From: Bugula neritina
Lineage: Eukaryota; Animalia; Bryozoa
Direction: 5' to 3'
Length of the DNA stretch: 64,000 nt
Assembly (NCBI GenBank): GCA_964035545.1
Contig: OZ037766.1
Span: 18,749,081-18,813,080 of the forward strand
Shown here: one piece after another, positions 28,510 to 41,214 of the stretch
How positions within the stretch are numbered: the first letter of the stretch is position 1
Layout of the letters: each line of letters begins with the position of its first letter
Made by a program: the position numbers and the translations under genes
Notes under the pieces: generated by a model
What the model saw: the letters and a program-made list of their open reading frames with translations, nothing else
Told to the model about the DNA's origin: nothing
The model's database searches: none

Positions 28510-30006
28510 ATATTATTTCAGTGGGTTACAGTATATTCCAGTATGTTGCAGTATGTTGCAGTATATTTCAGTAGTTTGCAACATATTTCCGTAGGTTACC
28601 ATATATTTCGGTATGTTGCAGTATATTTCAATGTGTTGCAGTGTATTTCAATATGTTACAGTGTATTTTGGTATGTTGAAGTATGTTACAGTGTATTTCA
28701 GTATGTTGCAGTGTATTTCAGTGTGTTACAGTGTTTTTCAGTATGTTATAGCACATTTCTTTATATTACACTATATTTCAGTGAGTTGCAGTGTAGTTCA
28801 GTGTGCTACAGCATATCTCAGTATGTTGCAGTGTTTTTCAATTGGTTACAGTATATTTCAGTATATTACCGTATATTTAAGTGTGTCAAAGTTTATTCCG
28901 ATGTGTTGCAGTGTATTTCAGTATGTTACAGTGTATTTCAGTATGTTGCAGTATTTTGCAATATATTTCAAATGTTACAGTGTATTCCAGTATGTTGCAG
29001 TATATTTCAGTATGATACAATAGGTTTCAGTATGTTGAAGTATATTTCAGTGGGTTACAGTATATTTCAGTATGATACAGTGCATTTCGGTGCGTTACAG
29101 TATATTTCAGTATGATACAGCGTATTTCAGTATGTTTCAGTGTATTTCAGTATACTTCAATATTTTTAGGTATATTTCAGTATGTTGAAGTATATTTTAG
29201 TATGTTGCAGTGTAATTCAATATGTTACAGTGTATTTCAGTATGTTGCAGTATGTTGCAGTGTATTTCAGTATGTTATGGTGTATTTCAGTATGTTGCAG
29301 TGTCTTGCAGTATATTTCAGTATGTTGCAGTATATTTCAGTATGTTGCAGTATATTTCAGTATGTTGCAGTATGTTTTAGTACTTTACAGTTCATTTCTG
29401 TATATTACAGTATACATCAGTATGTTGCAGTGTCCTTCAGTATGTTGCGGTGTGTTTCAATGTGTTACAGTATATTTCAGTAGTTACCATATATTTCGGT
29501 ATGTTGCAGTATATTTCAATGTGGTGCACTGTATTTCAATATGTTACTGTGTACTTCAGTATGTTGTAATATGGTGCAGTGTATTTCAGTATGTTGCAGT
29601 GTATTTCAGTATGTTGCAGTATGTTCTAGTACATTTCAGTATGTTACAGTGTATTTCAGTATGTTGCAGTGTATTTCAGTGTGTTACAGTATATTTCAGT
29701 ATGTTACAGAATATTTCTTTATATTACACTATATTTCAGTGAGTTGCAGTGTAGTTCAGTGTGCTACAGCATATTTCAGTATGTTGCAGTGTTGTTCAAT
29801 TTGTTACAGTACATTTCAGTATATTACCGTAAATTTAAGTATGGTAAAGTTTATTCCGATGTGTTACAGTGTATTTCAGTATGTTACAGTGTATTTCAGT
29901 ATGTTGCAGTATTTTGCAATATATTTCAAATGTTACAGTGTATTTCAGTATGTTGCAGTATATTTCAGTATGATACAATAAGTTTCAGTATGTTGGAGTA
30001 TATTTC

Positions 30007-33000
30007 AGTGGGTTACAGTATATTTCAGTATGATACAGTGCGTTTTGGTGTGTTACAGTATATTTCAGTATGATACAGCGTATTTCAGTATGTTTCAGTG
30101 TATTTCAGTATGCTTCAATATTTTTAAGTATATTTCAGTATGTTGAAGTATATTTTAGTATGTTGCAGTGTAATTCAGTATGTTGCAGTATATTTCAGTA
30201 TGTTGTCGTATGTTTCAGTGTTTTACAGGACATTTCTGTATATTACAGTATACTTCAGTGTGTTGCAGTGTATTTCAGTATGCTGCGATATGTTTAAATG
30301 TGTTACAGTATATTTCAGTAGTTTACCATATATTTCGGTATGTTGCAGTATATTTCAGTAGTTTGCAACATATCTCAGTAGGTTACCATATATTTCGGTA
30401 TGATGCAGCATATTTCAGTATGTTACAGTGTATTTCAGTATGTTGCAGTATCTTGCAGTATATTTCAGTATGTAGCAGTATATTTCAGTATGTTGCAGTC
30501 TGTTTCAGTATATTACAGTATATTCCAGTATTTTGCAGTATGTTTCAGGGTGTTACAGTATATTTCATTATGTTGCAGTATGTTGCAGTATATTTCAGTA
30601 GTTTGCAACATATTTCAGTGGGTTACCATATATTTCGGTATGTTGCAGCATATTTCAATCTGTTGCAGTGTTTTCAGTATGTTGCAGTATATTTCGGTGG
30701 GTTATAGTATATTTCAGTATGATACAGCGTAGTTCAGTATGTTGCAAAGTTTTTCAATATGTTGCGGTATATTTAAGTATGTTGCAGTATGTTTCAGTGG
30801 GGTACAGTATATTTCATTATGTTGCAGTATGTTGCATTATATTTCAGTAGTTTGCAACATATTTCAGTAGGTTACCATATATTACGGTATGTTGCAGTAT
30901 ATTTCAATGTGTTGCAGCGTATTTCAATATGTTACAGTGTATTTCAGTATGTTGCAGTATATTTCAGTGGGTTATAGTATATTTCAGTATGATACAGCGT
31001 AGTTCAGTATGTTGCAAAGTTTTTCAATATGTTGCGGTATATTTAAGTATGTTGCAGTATGTTTCAGGGTGTTACAGTATATTTCATTATGTTGCAGTAT
31101 GTTGCAGTATATTTCAGTATGTTGCAGTATATTATTTCATGGGGTTACAGTATATTCCAGTATGTTGCAGTATGTTGCAGTATATTTCAGTAGTTTGCAA
31201 CATATTTCTGTAGGTTACCATATATTTCGGTACGTTGCAGTATATTTCAATGTGTTGCAGTGTATTTCAATATGTTACAGTGTATTTCGGTATGTTGCAG
31301 TATGTTGCAGTATGTTACAGTGTATTTCAGTATGTTGCAGTGTATTTCAGTGTGTTACAGTATATTTCAGTATGATACAGTGCATTTCGGTTCGTTACAG
31401 TATATTTCAGTATGATACAGCGTATTTCAGTATGTTTCAGTGTCGTTCAGTATTCTTCAATATTTTTAAGTATATTTCAGTATGTTGAAGTATATTTTAG
31501 TATGTTGCAGTGTAATTCAGTATGTTGCAGTATATTTCAGTATGTTCTCATATGTTTCGGTATTTTACAGGACATTTCTGTATATTACAGTATTCTTCAG
31601 TGTGTTGCAGTGTATTTCAGTATGCTGCGATATGTTTAAATGTGTTACAGTATATCTCAGTAGTTTACCATATATTTCGGTATGTTGCAGTATATTTCAA
31701 TGTGTTGCACTGCATTTCAATATGTTACAGTATCCTTCATTTTGTTGCAGTATGTTGCAGTATATTTCAATACTTTGCAAGATATCTCAGTAGGTTACCA
31801 TATATTTCGATATGATGCAGCATATTTCAGTATGTTACAGTGTATTTTAGTATGTTGCAGTATCTTGCAGTGGGTTATAGTATATTTCAGTATGATACAG
31901 CGTAGTTCAGTATGTTGCAATGTTTTTCAATATGTTGCAGTATATTTAAGTATGTTGCAGTATGTTTCAGTGGGTTACAGTATATTTCATTATGTTGCAG
32001 TATGTTGCAGTATCTTGCAGTGGGTTATAGTATATTTCAGTATGATACAGCGTAGTTCAGTATGTTGCAATGTTTTTCAATATGTTGCAGTATATTTAAG
32101 TATGTTGCAGTATGTTTCAGTGGGTTACAGTGTATTTCAGTATGTTGCAGTATGTTGCAGTGTATTTCAGTATGTTGCGGTGTGTTTCAGTATGTTTCAA
32201 AATTTTTAGGTATATTTCAGTATGTTGAAGTATATTTTAGTATGTTGCAGTGTAATTCAGTATGTTGTCGTATGTTTTAGTATTTTACAGTACATTTCTG
32301 TATATTACAGTATACATCAGTGTGTTGCAGTGTACTTCAGTATGTTGCGGTGTGTTTCAATGTCTTACAGTATATTTCAGTAGTTTACCATATAATTCGG
32401 TATGTTGCAGTATATTTCAATGTGGTGCACTATATTTCATTATGATACTGTGTATTTCAGTATGTTGTAGTATGTTAAAATGTATTTCAGTATGTTGCAG
32501 TGTATTTCAGTATGTTGCAGTATATTTCAGTATGATCCAATAAATTTCAATATGTTGGAGTATATTTAAGTGGGTTACAGTATATTTCAGTATGATACAG
32601 TGCGTTTTGGTGTGTTACAGTATATTTCAGTATGATACAGCGTATTTCAGTATGTTTCAGTGTATTTCAGTATGCTTCAATATTTTTAAGTATATTTCAG
32701 TATGTTGAAGTATATTTTAGTATGTTGCAGTGTAATTCAGTATGTTGCAGTATATTTCAGTATGTTGTCGTATGTTTCAGTGTTTTACAGGACATTTCTG
32801 TATATTACAGTATACTTCAGTGTGTTGCAGTGTATTTCAGTATGCTGCGATATGTTTAAATGTGTTACAGTATATTTCAGTAGTTTACCATATATTTCGG
32901 TATGTTGCAGTATATTTCAGTAGTTTGCAACATATCTCAGTAGGTTACCATATATTTCGGTATGATGCAGCATATTTCAGTATGTTACAGTGTATTTCAG

Positions 33001-35165
33001 TATGTTGCAGTATCTTGCAGTATATTTCAGTATGTAGCAGTATATTTCAGTATGTTGCAGTCTGTTTCAGTATATTACAGTATATTCCAGTATTTTGCAG
33101 TATGTTTCAGGGTGTTACAGTATATTTCATTATGTTGCAGTATGTTGCAGTATATTTCAGTAGTTTGCAACATATTTCAGTGGGTTACCATATATTTCGG
33201 TATGTTGCAGCATATTTCAATCTGTTGCAGTGTTTTCAGTATGTTGCAGTATATTTCGGTGGGTTATAGTATATTTCAGTATGATACAGCGTAGTTCAGT
33301 ATGTTGCAAAGTTTTTCAATATGTTGCGGTATATTTAAGTATGTTGCAGTATGTTTCAGTGGGGTACAGTATATTTCATTATGTTGCAGTATGTTGCATT
33401 ATATTTCAGTAGTTTGCAACATATTTCAGTAGGTTACCATATATTACGGTATGTTGCAGTATATTTCAATGTGTTGCAGCGTATTTCAATATGTTACAGT
33501 GTATTTCAGTATGTTGCAGTATATTTCAGTGGGTTATAGTATATTTCAGTATGATACAGCGTAGTTCAGTATGTTGCAAAGTTTTTCAATATGTTGCGGT
33601 ATATTTAAGTATGTTGCAGTATGTTTCAGGGTGTTACAGTATATTTCATTATGTTGCAGTATGTTGCAGTATATTTCAGTATGTTGCAGTATATTATTTC
33701 ATGGGGTTACAGTATATTCCAGTATGTTGCAGTATGTTGCAGTATATTTCAGTAGTTTGCAACATATTTCTGTAGGTTACCATATATTTCGGTACGTTGC
33801 AGTATATTTCAATGTGTTGCAGTGTATTTCAATATGTTACAGTGTATTTCGGTATGTTGCAGTATGTTGCAGTATGTTACAGTGTATTTCAGTATGTTGC
33901 AGTGTATTTCAGTGTGTTACAGTATATTTCAGTATGATACAGTGCATTTCGGTTCGTTACAGTATATTTCAGTATGATACAGCGTATTTCAGTATGTTTC
34001 AGTGTCGTTCAGTATTCTTCAATATTTTTAAGTATATTTCAGTATGTTGAAGTATATTTTAGTATGTTGCAGTGTAATTCAGTATGTTGCAGTATATTTC
34101 AGTATGTTCTCATATGTTTCGGTATTTTACAGGACATTTCTGTATATTACAGTATTCTTCAGTGTGTTGCAGTGTATTTCAGTATGCTGCGATATGTTTA
34201 AATGTGTTACAGTATATCTCAGTAGTTTACCATATATTTCGGTATGTTGCAGTATATTTCAATGTGTTGCACTGCATTTCAATATGTTACAGTATCCTTC
34301 ATTTTGTTGCAGTATGTTGCAGTATATTTCAATACTTTGCAAGATATCTCAGTAGGTTACCATATATTTCGATATGATGCAGCATATTTCAGTATGTTAC
34401 AGTGTATTTTAGTATGTTGCAGTATCTTGCAGTGGGTTATAGTATATTTCAGTATGATACAGCGTAGTTCAGTATGTTGCAATGTTTTTCAATATGTTGC
34501 AGTATATTTAAGTATGTTGCAGTATGTTTCAGTGGGTTACAGTATATTTCATTATGTTGCAGTATGTTGCAGTATCTTGCAGTGGGTTATAGTATATTTC
34601 AGTATGATACAGCGTAGTTCAGTATGTTGCAATGTTTTTCAATATGTTGCAGTATATTTAAGTATGTTGCAGTATGTTTCAGTGGGTTACAGTGTATTTC
34701 AGTATGTTGCAGTATGTTGCAGTGTATTTCAGTATGTTGCGGTGTGTTTCAGTATGTTTCAAAATTTTTAGGTATATTTCAGTATGTTGAAGTATATTTT
34801 AGTATGTTGCAGTGTAATTCAGTATGTTGTCGTATGTTTTAGTATTTTACAGTACATTTCTGTATATTACAGTATACATCAGTGTGTTGCAGTGTACTTC
34901 AGTATGTTGCGGTGTGTTTCAATGTCTTACAGTATATTTCAGTAGTTTACCATATAATTCGGTATGTTGCAGTATATTTCAATGTGGTGCACTATATTTC
35001 ATTATGATACTGTGTATTTCAGTATGTTGTAGTATGTTAAAATGTATTTCAGTATGTTGCAGTGTATTTCAGTATGTTGCAGTATATTTCAGTATGATCC
35101 AATAAATTTCAATATGTTGGAGTATATTTAAGTGGGTTACAGTATATTTCAGTATGATACAGTGC
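30007..35165 (+). repeat. Tandem duplication, period 2562 bp (256 units, net +2)
   Basis: ORF offsets 30070/32632, 31009/33571, 32262/34824 with identical translations. Confidence 0.93.
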
Positions 35166-37570
35166 ATTTCGGTGCGTTACAGTATATTTCAGTATGTCAC
35201 AGCGTATTTCAGTATTTTACAGTGCATTTCAGTATGTTTCAATATTTGTAGGTATATTTCAGTATGTTGAAGTATATTTTAGTATGTTGCAGTGTAATTC
35301 AGTATTTTGCAGTATATTTCAGTATGTTGTCGTATGTTTCAGTATTTTACAGGACATTTCTGTATATTACAGTATACTTCAGTGTGTTGCAGTGTATTTC
35401 ACTATGCTGTGGTATGTTTCAATGTGGTACAGTATATTTCAGTAGTTTACCATACACTTCGGTATGTTGCAGTGTATTTCAATGTGTTGCACTGTATTTC
35501 AATATGTTACAGTATATTTCAGTATGTTGCAGTATATTTCAGTGGGTTATAGTTTATTTCAGTATGATACAGTGTATTTCACTATGTTGCAGTATATTCC
35601 AGTATGTTACAGTACATTTCTTTATATTACCCTATATTTCAGTGAGTTGCAGTGTAGTTCAGTGTGCTACAGCATATTTCAGTATGTTGCAGTGTTTTTT
35701 CAATTTGTTACAGTATATTTCAGTATACTACCATATATTAAGGTATGTTAAACTTTATTCGAATGTGTTGCCGTGTATTTCAGTATGTTACAGTGTATTT
35801 CAGTATGTTGCAGTATTTTGCAATATATTTGAAATGTTACAGTGTATTTCAGTATGTTGCAGTATATTTCAGTATGATACAATAAGTTTCGGTATGTTGG
35901 AGTATATTTCAGTGGGTTACAGTATATTTCAGTATGATACAGTGCATTTCGGTTCGTTACAGTATATTTCAGTATGATACAGCGTATTTCAGTATGTTTC
36001 AGTGTAGTTCAGTATTCTTCAATATTTTTAAGTATATTTCAGTATGTTGAAGTATATTTTAGTATGTTGCAGTGTAATTCAGTATGTTGCAGTATATTTC
36101 AGTATGTTCTCATATGTTTCGGTATTTTACAGGACATTTCTGTATATTACAGTATTCTTCAGTGTGTTGCAGTGTATTCCAGTATGCTGCGATATGTTTA
36201 AATGTGTTACAGTATATCTCAGTAGTTTACCATATATTTCGGTATGTTGCAGTATATCTCAATGTGTTGCACTGCATTTCAATATGTTACAGTATCCTTC
36301 ATTTTGTTGCAGTATGTTGCAGTATATTTCAGTACTTTGCAAGATATCTCAGTAGGTTACCATATATTTCGATATGATGCAGCATATTTCAGTATGTTAC
36401 AGTGTATTTTAGTATGTTGCAGTATCTTGCAGTGGGTTATAGTATATTTCAGTATGATACAGCGTAGTTCAGTATGTTGCAATGTTTTTCAATATGTTGC
36501 AGTATATTTAAGTATGTTGCAGTATGTTTCAGTGGGTTACAGTATATTTCATTATGTTGCAGTATGTTGCAGTATCTTGCAGTGGGTTATAGTATATTTC
36601 AGTATGATACAGCGTAGTTCAGTATGTTGCAATGTTTTTCAATATGTTGCAGTATATTTAAGTATGTTGCAGTATGTTTCAGTGGGTTACAGTGTATTTC
36701 AGTATGTTGCAGTATGTTGCAGTGTATTTCAGTATGTTATGGTGTGTTTCAGTATGTTTCAAAATTTTTATGTATATTTCAGTATGTTGAGGTATATTTT
36801 AGTATGTTGCAGTGTAATTCAGTATGTTGTCGTATGTTTTAGTATTTTACAGTACATTTCTGTATATTACAGTATACATCAGTGTGTTGCAGTGTACTTC
36901 AGTATATTGCGGTGTGTTTCAATGTGTTACAGTATATTTCAGTAGTTTACCATATAATTTGGTATGTTGCAGTATATTTCAATGTGGTGCACTATATTTC
37001 AATATTTTACTGGGTATTTCAGTATGTTGTAGTATGTTGCAATGTATTTCAGTATGTTGCAGTGTATTTAAGTATGTTGCAGTATATTTCAGTATGATAC
37101 AATAAATTTCAATATGTTGGAGTATATTTAAGTGGGTTGCAGTATATTTCAGTATGATACAGTGCATTTCGGTGCGTTACAGTATATTTCAGTATGTCAC
37201 AGCGTATTTCAGTATTTTACAGTGCATTTCAGTATGTTTCAGTATTTCTAGGTATATTTCAGTATGTTGAAGTATATTTTAGTATGTTTCAGTGTAATTC
37301 AGTATGTTGCAGTATATTTCAGTATGTTGTCGTATGTTTCAGTATTTTACAGGACATTTCTGTATAATACGGTATACTTCAGTGTGTTGCAGTGTATTTC
37401 ACTATGCTGTGGTATGTTTCAATGTGGTACAGTATATTTCAGTAGTTTACCATATACGTCGGTATGTTGCAGTGTATTTCAATGTGTTGCACTGTATTTC
37501 AATATGTTACAGTATATTTCAGTATGTTGCAGTATATTTCAGTGGGTTATAGTTTATTTCAGTATGATAC
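33920..37570 (+). repeat. Older, more diverged periodicity of about 2000 bp overlapping the 2562 and 3029 blocks
   Basis: ORF offsets 33974/35974, 34824/36824, 35264/37264, with several substitutions. Boundaries approximate. Confidence 0.75.
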
Positions 37571-40500
37571 AGTGTAATTCACTATGTTGCAGTATATTTC
37601 AGTATGTTACAGTGTATTTCAGTATGTTGCAGTGTATTTCAGTGTGTTACAGTATATTTCAGTATGTTACAGTACATTTCCGTAAATTACACTATACTTC
37701 AGTGAGTTGTAGTATATTTCAGTATCTTGCAGTATATCTCAGTATGTTACAGTATATATCAGCATGTTGCAGTATATTTCAGTGTGTTACATTATATTTC
37801 ATTATGTTACAGTGCATTTCCAGATATTACACTATACTTCAGTGAGTTTTAGTGTCTTTCAGTATGTTGCAGTATATTTCGGTATCTTGCAACATATTTC
37901 AATGCGTTGCAATGTACTTCATTATGTTACAGTGTATTTCAGTATGTTGCAGTATGTTGCAGTGTATTTCAGTATGTTACAGTGTATTTCAGTAGGTTTC
38001 AATATCTTGAAGTATATTTCAGTATGTTGCAGTATATTTCCGTATGTTGCAAAATATTTCAGTGGGTTACAGTATATTCCAGTATGTTGCAGTATATTTC
38101 AGTAGTTTGCAACATATTTCAGTAGGTTACCATATATTTCGGTATGTTGCAGCATATTTCAATCTGTTGCTTTGCTTTCAGTATGATACAGTGCATTTCG
38201 GTGCGTTACAGTATATTTCAGTATGTCACAGCGTATTTCAGTATTTTACAGTGCATTTCAGTATGTTTCAATATTTGTAGGTATATTTCAGTATGTTGAA
38301 GTATATTTTAGTATGTTGCAGTGTAATTCAGTATGTTGCAGTATATTTCAGTATGTTGTCGTATGTTTCAGTATTTTACAGGACATTTCTGTATATTACA
38401 GTATACTTCAGTGTGTTGCAGTGTATTTCACTATGCTGTGGTATGTTTCAATGTGGTACAGTATATTTCAGTAGTTTACCATACACTTCGGTATGTTGCA
38501 GTGTATTTCAATGTGTTGCACTGTATTTCAATATGTTACAGTATATTTCAGTATGTTGCAGTATATTTCAGTGGGTTATAGTTTATTTCAGTATGATACA
38601 GTGTATTTCACTATGTTGCAGTATATTTCAGTATGTTACAGTACATTTCTTTATATTACCCTATATTTCAGTGAGTTGCACTGTAGTTCAGTGTGCTACA
38701 GCATATTTCAGTATGTTGCAGTGTTTTTTCAATTTGTTACAGTATATTTCAGTATACTACTATATATTTAGGTATGTTAAACTTTATTCGAATGTGTTGC
38801 CGTGTATTTCAGTATGTTACAGTGTATTTCAGTATGTTGCAGTATTTTGCAATATATTTGAAATGTTACAGTGTATTTCAGTATGTTGCAGTATATTTCA
38901 GTATGATACAATAAGTTTCGGTATGTTGGAGTATATTTCAGTGGGTTACAGTATATTTCAGTATGATACAGTGCATTTCGGTTCGTTACAGTATATTTCA
39001 GTATGATACAGCGTATTTCAGTATGTTTCAGTGTAGTTCAGTATTCTTCAATATTTTTAAGTATATTTCAGTATGTTGAAGTATATTTTACTATGTTGCA
39101 GTGTAATTCAGTATGTTGCAGTATATTTCAGTATGTTCTCATATGTTTCGGTATTTTACAGGACATTTCTGTATATTACAGTATTCTTCAGTGTGTTGCA
39201 GTGTATTTCAGTATGCTGCGATATGTTTAAATGTGTTACAGTATATCTCAGTAGTTTACCATATATTTCGGTATGTTGCAGTATATTTCAATGTGTTGCA
39301 CTGCATTTCAATATGTTACAGTATCCTTCATTTTGTTGCAGTATGTTGCAGTATATTTCAGTACTTTGCAAGATATCTCAGTAGGTTACCATATATTTCG
39401 ATATGATGCAGCATATTTCAGTATGTTACAGTGTATTTTAGTATGTTGCAGTATCCTGCAGTGGGTTATAGTATATTTCAGTATGATACAGCGTAGTTCA
39501 GTATGTTGCAATGTTTTTCAATATGTTGCAGTATATTTAAGTATGTTGCAGTATGTTTCAGTGGGTTACAGTATATTTCATTATGTTGCAGTATGTTGCA
39601 GTATCTTGCAGTGGGTTATAGTATATTTCAGTATGATACAGCGTAGTTCAGTATGTTGCAATGTTTTTCAATATGTTGCAGTATATTTAAGTATGTTGCA
39701 GTATGTTTCAGTGGGTTACAGTATATTTCAGTATGTTGCAGTATGTTGCAGTGTATTTCAGTATGTTATGGTGTGTTTCAGTATGTTTCAAAATTTTTAT
39801 GTATATTTCAGTATGTTGAGGTATATTTTAGTATGTTGCAGTGTAATTCAGTATGTTGTCGTATGTTTTAGTATTTTACAGTACATTTCTGTATATTACA
39901 GTATACATCAGTGTGTTGCAGTGTACTTCAGTATATTGCGGTGTGTTTCAATGTGTTACAGTATATTTCAGTAGTTTACCATATAATTTGGTATGTTGCA
40001 CTATATTTCAATGTGGTGCACTATATTTCAATATTTTACTGGGTATTTCAGTATGTTGTAGTATGTTGCAATGTATTTCAGTATGTTGCAGTGTATTTCA
40101 GTATGTTGCAGTATATTTCAGTATGATACAATGAATTTCAATATGTTGGAGTATATTTAAGTGGGTTGCAGTATATTTCAGTATGATACAGTGCATTTCG
40201 GTGCGTTACAGTATATTTCAGTATGTCACAGCGTATTTCAGTATTTTACAGTGCATTTCAGTATGTTTCAGTATTTCTAGGTATATTTCAGTATGTTGAA
40301 GTATATTTTAGTATGTTTCAGTGTAATTCAGTATGTTGCAGTATATTTCAGTATGTTGTCGTATGTTTCAGTATTTTACAGGACATTTCTGTATAATACG
40401 GTATACTTCAGTGTGTTGCAGTGTATTTCACTATGCTGTGGTATGTTTCAATGTGGTACAGTATATTTCAGTAGTTTACCATATACTTCGGTATGTTGCA

Positions 40501-41214
40501 GTGTATTTCAATGTGTTGCACTGTATTTCAATATGTTACACTATATTTCAGTATGTTGCAGTATATAACAGTGGGTTATAGTTTATTTCAGTATGATACA
40601 GTGTAATTCACTATGTTGCAGTATATTTCAGTATGTTACAGTGTATTTCAGTATGTTGCAGTGTATTTCAGTGTGTTACAGTATATTTCAGTATGTTACA
40701 GTACATTTCCGTAAATTACACTATACTTCAGTGAGTTGTAGTATATTTCAGTATCTTGCAGTATATCTCAGTATGTTACAGTATATATCAGCATATTGCA
40801 GTATATTTCAGTGTGTTACATTATATTTCATTATGTTACAGTGCATTTCCAGATATTACACTATACTTCAGTGAGTTTTAGTGTCTTTCAGTATGTTGCA
40901 GTATATTTCGGTATCTTGCAACATATTTCAATGCGTTGCAATGTACTTCATTATGTTACAGTGTATTTCAGTATGTTGCAGTATGTTGCAGTGTATTTCA
41001 GTATGTTACAGTGTATTTCAGTAGGTTTCAATATCTTGAAGTATATTTCAGTATGTTGCAGTATATTTCCGTATGTTGCAAAATATTTCAGTGGGTTACA
41101 GTATATTCCAGTATGTTGCAGTATATTTCAGTAGTTTGCAACATATTTCAGTAGGTTACCATATATTTCGGTATGTTGCAGCATATTTCAATCTGTTGCT
41201 TTGCTTTCAGTATG
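35147..41214 (+). repeat. Tandem duplication, period 3029 bp (303 units, net -1)
   Basis: ORF offsets 35264/38293, 35974/39003, 37264/40293, 37907/40936. Confidence 0.92.

Larger units (their letters stand above)
19921..30357 (+). repeat. Higher-order repeat, period 4287 bp (~2.4 copies)
   Basis: ORF offsets 20538/24825/29112, 21496/25783/30070, 23325/27612. The 28-bp palindrome marker occurs at both 24195 and 28482. Confidence 0.92.
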
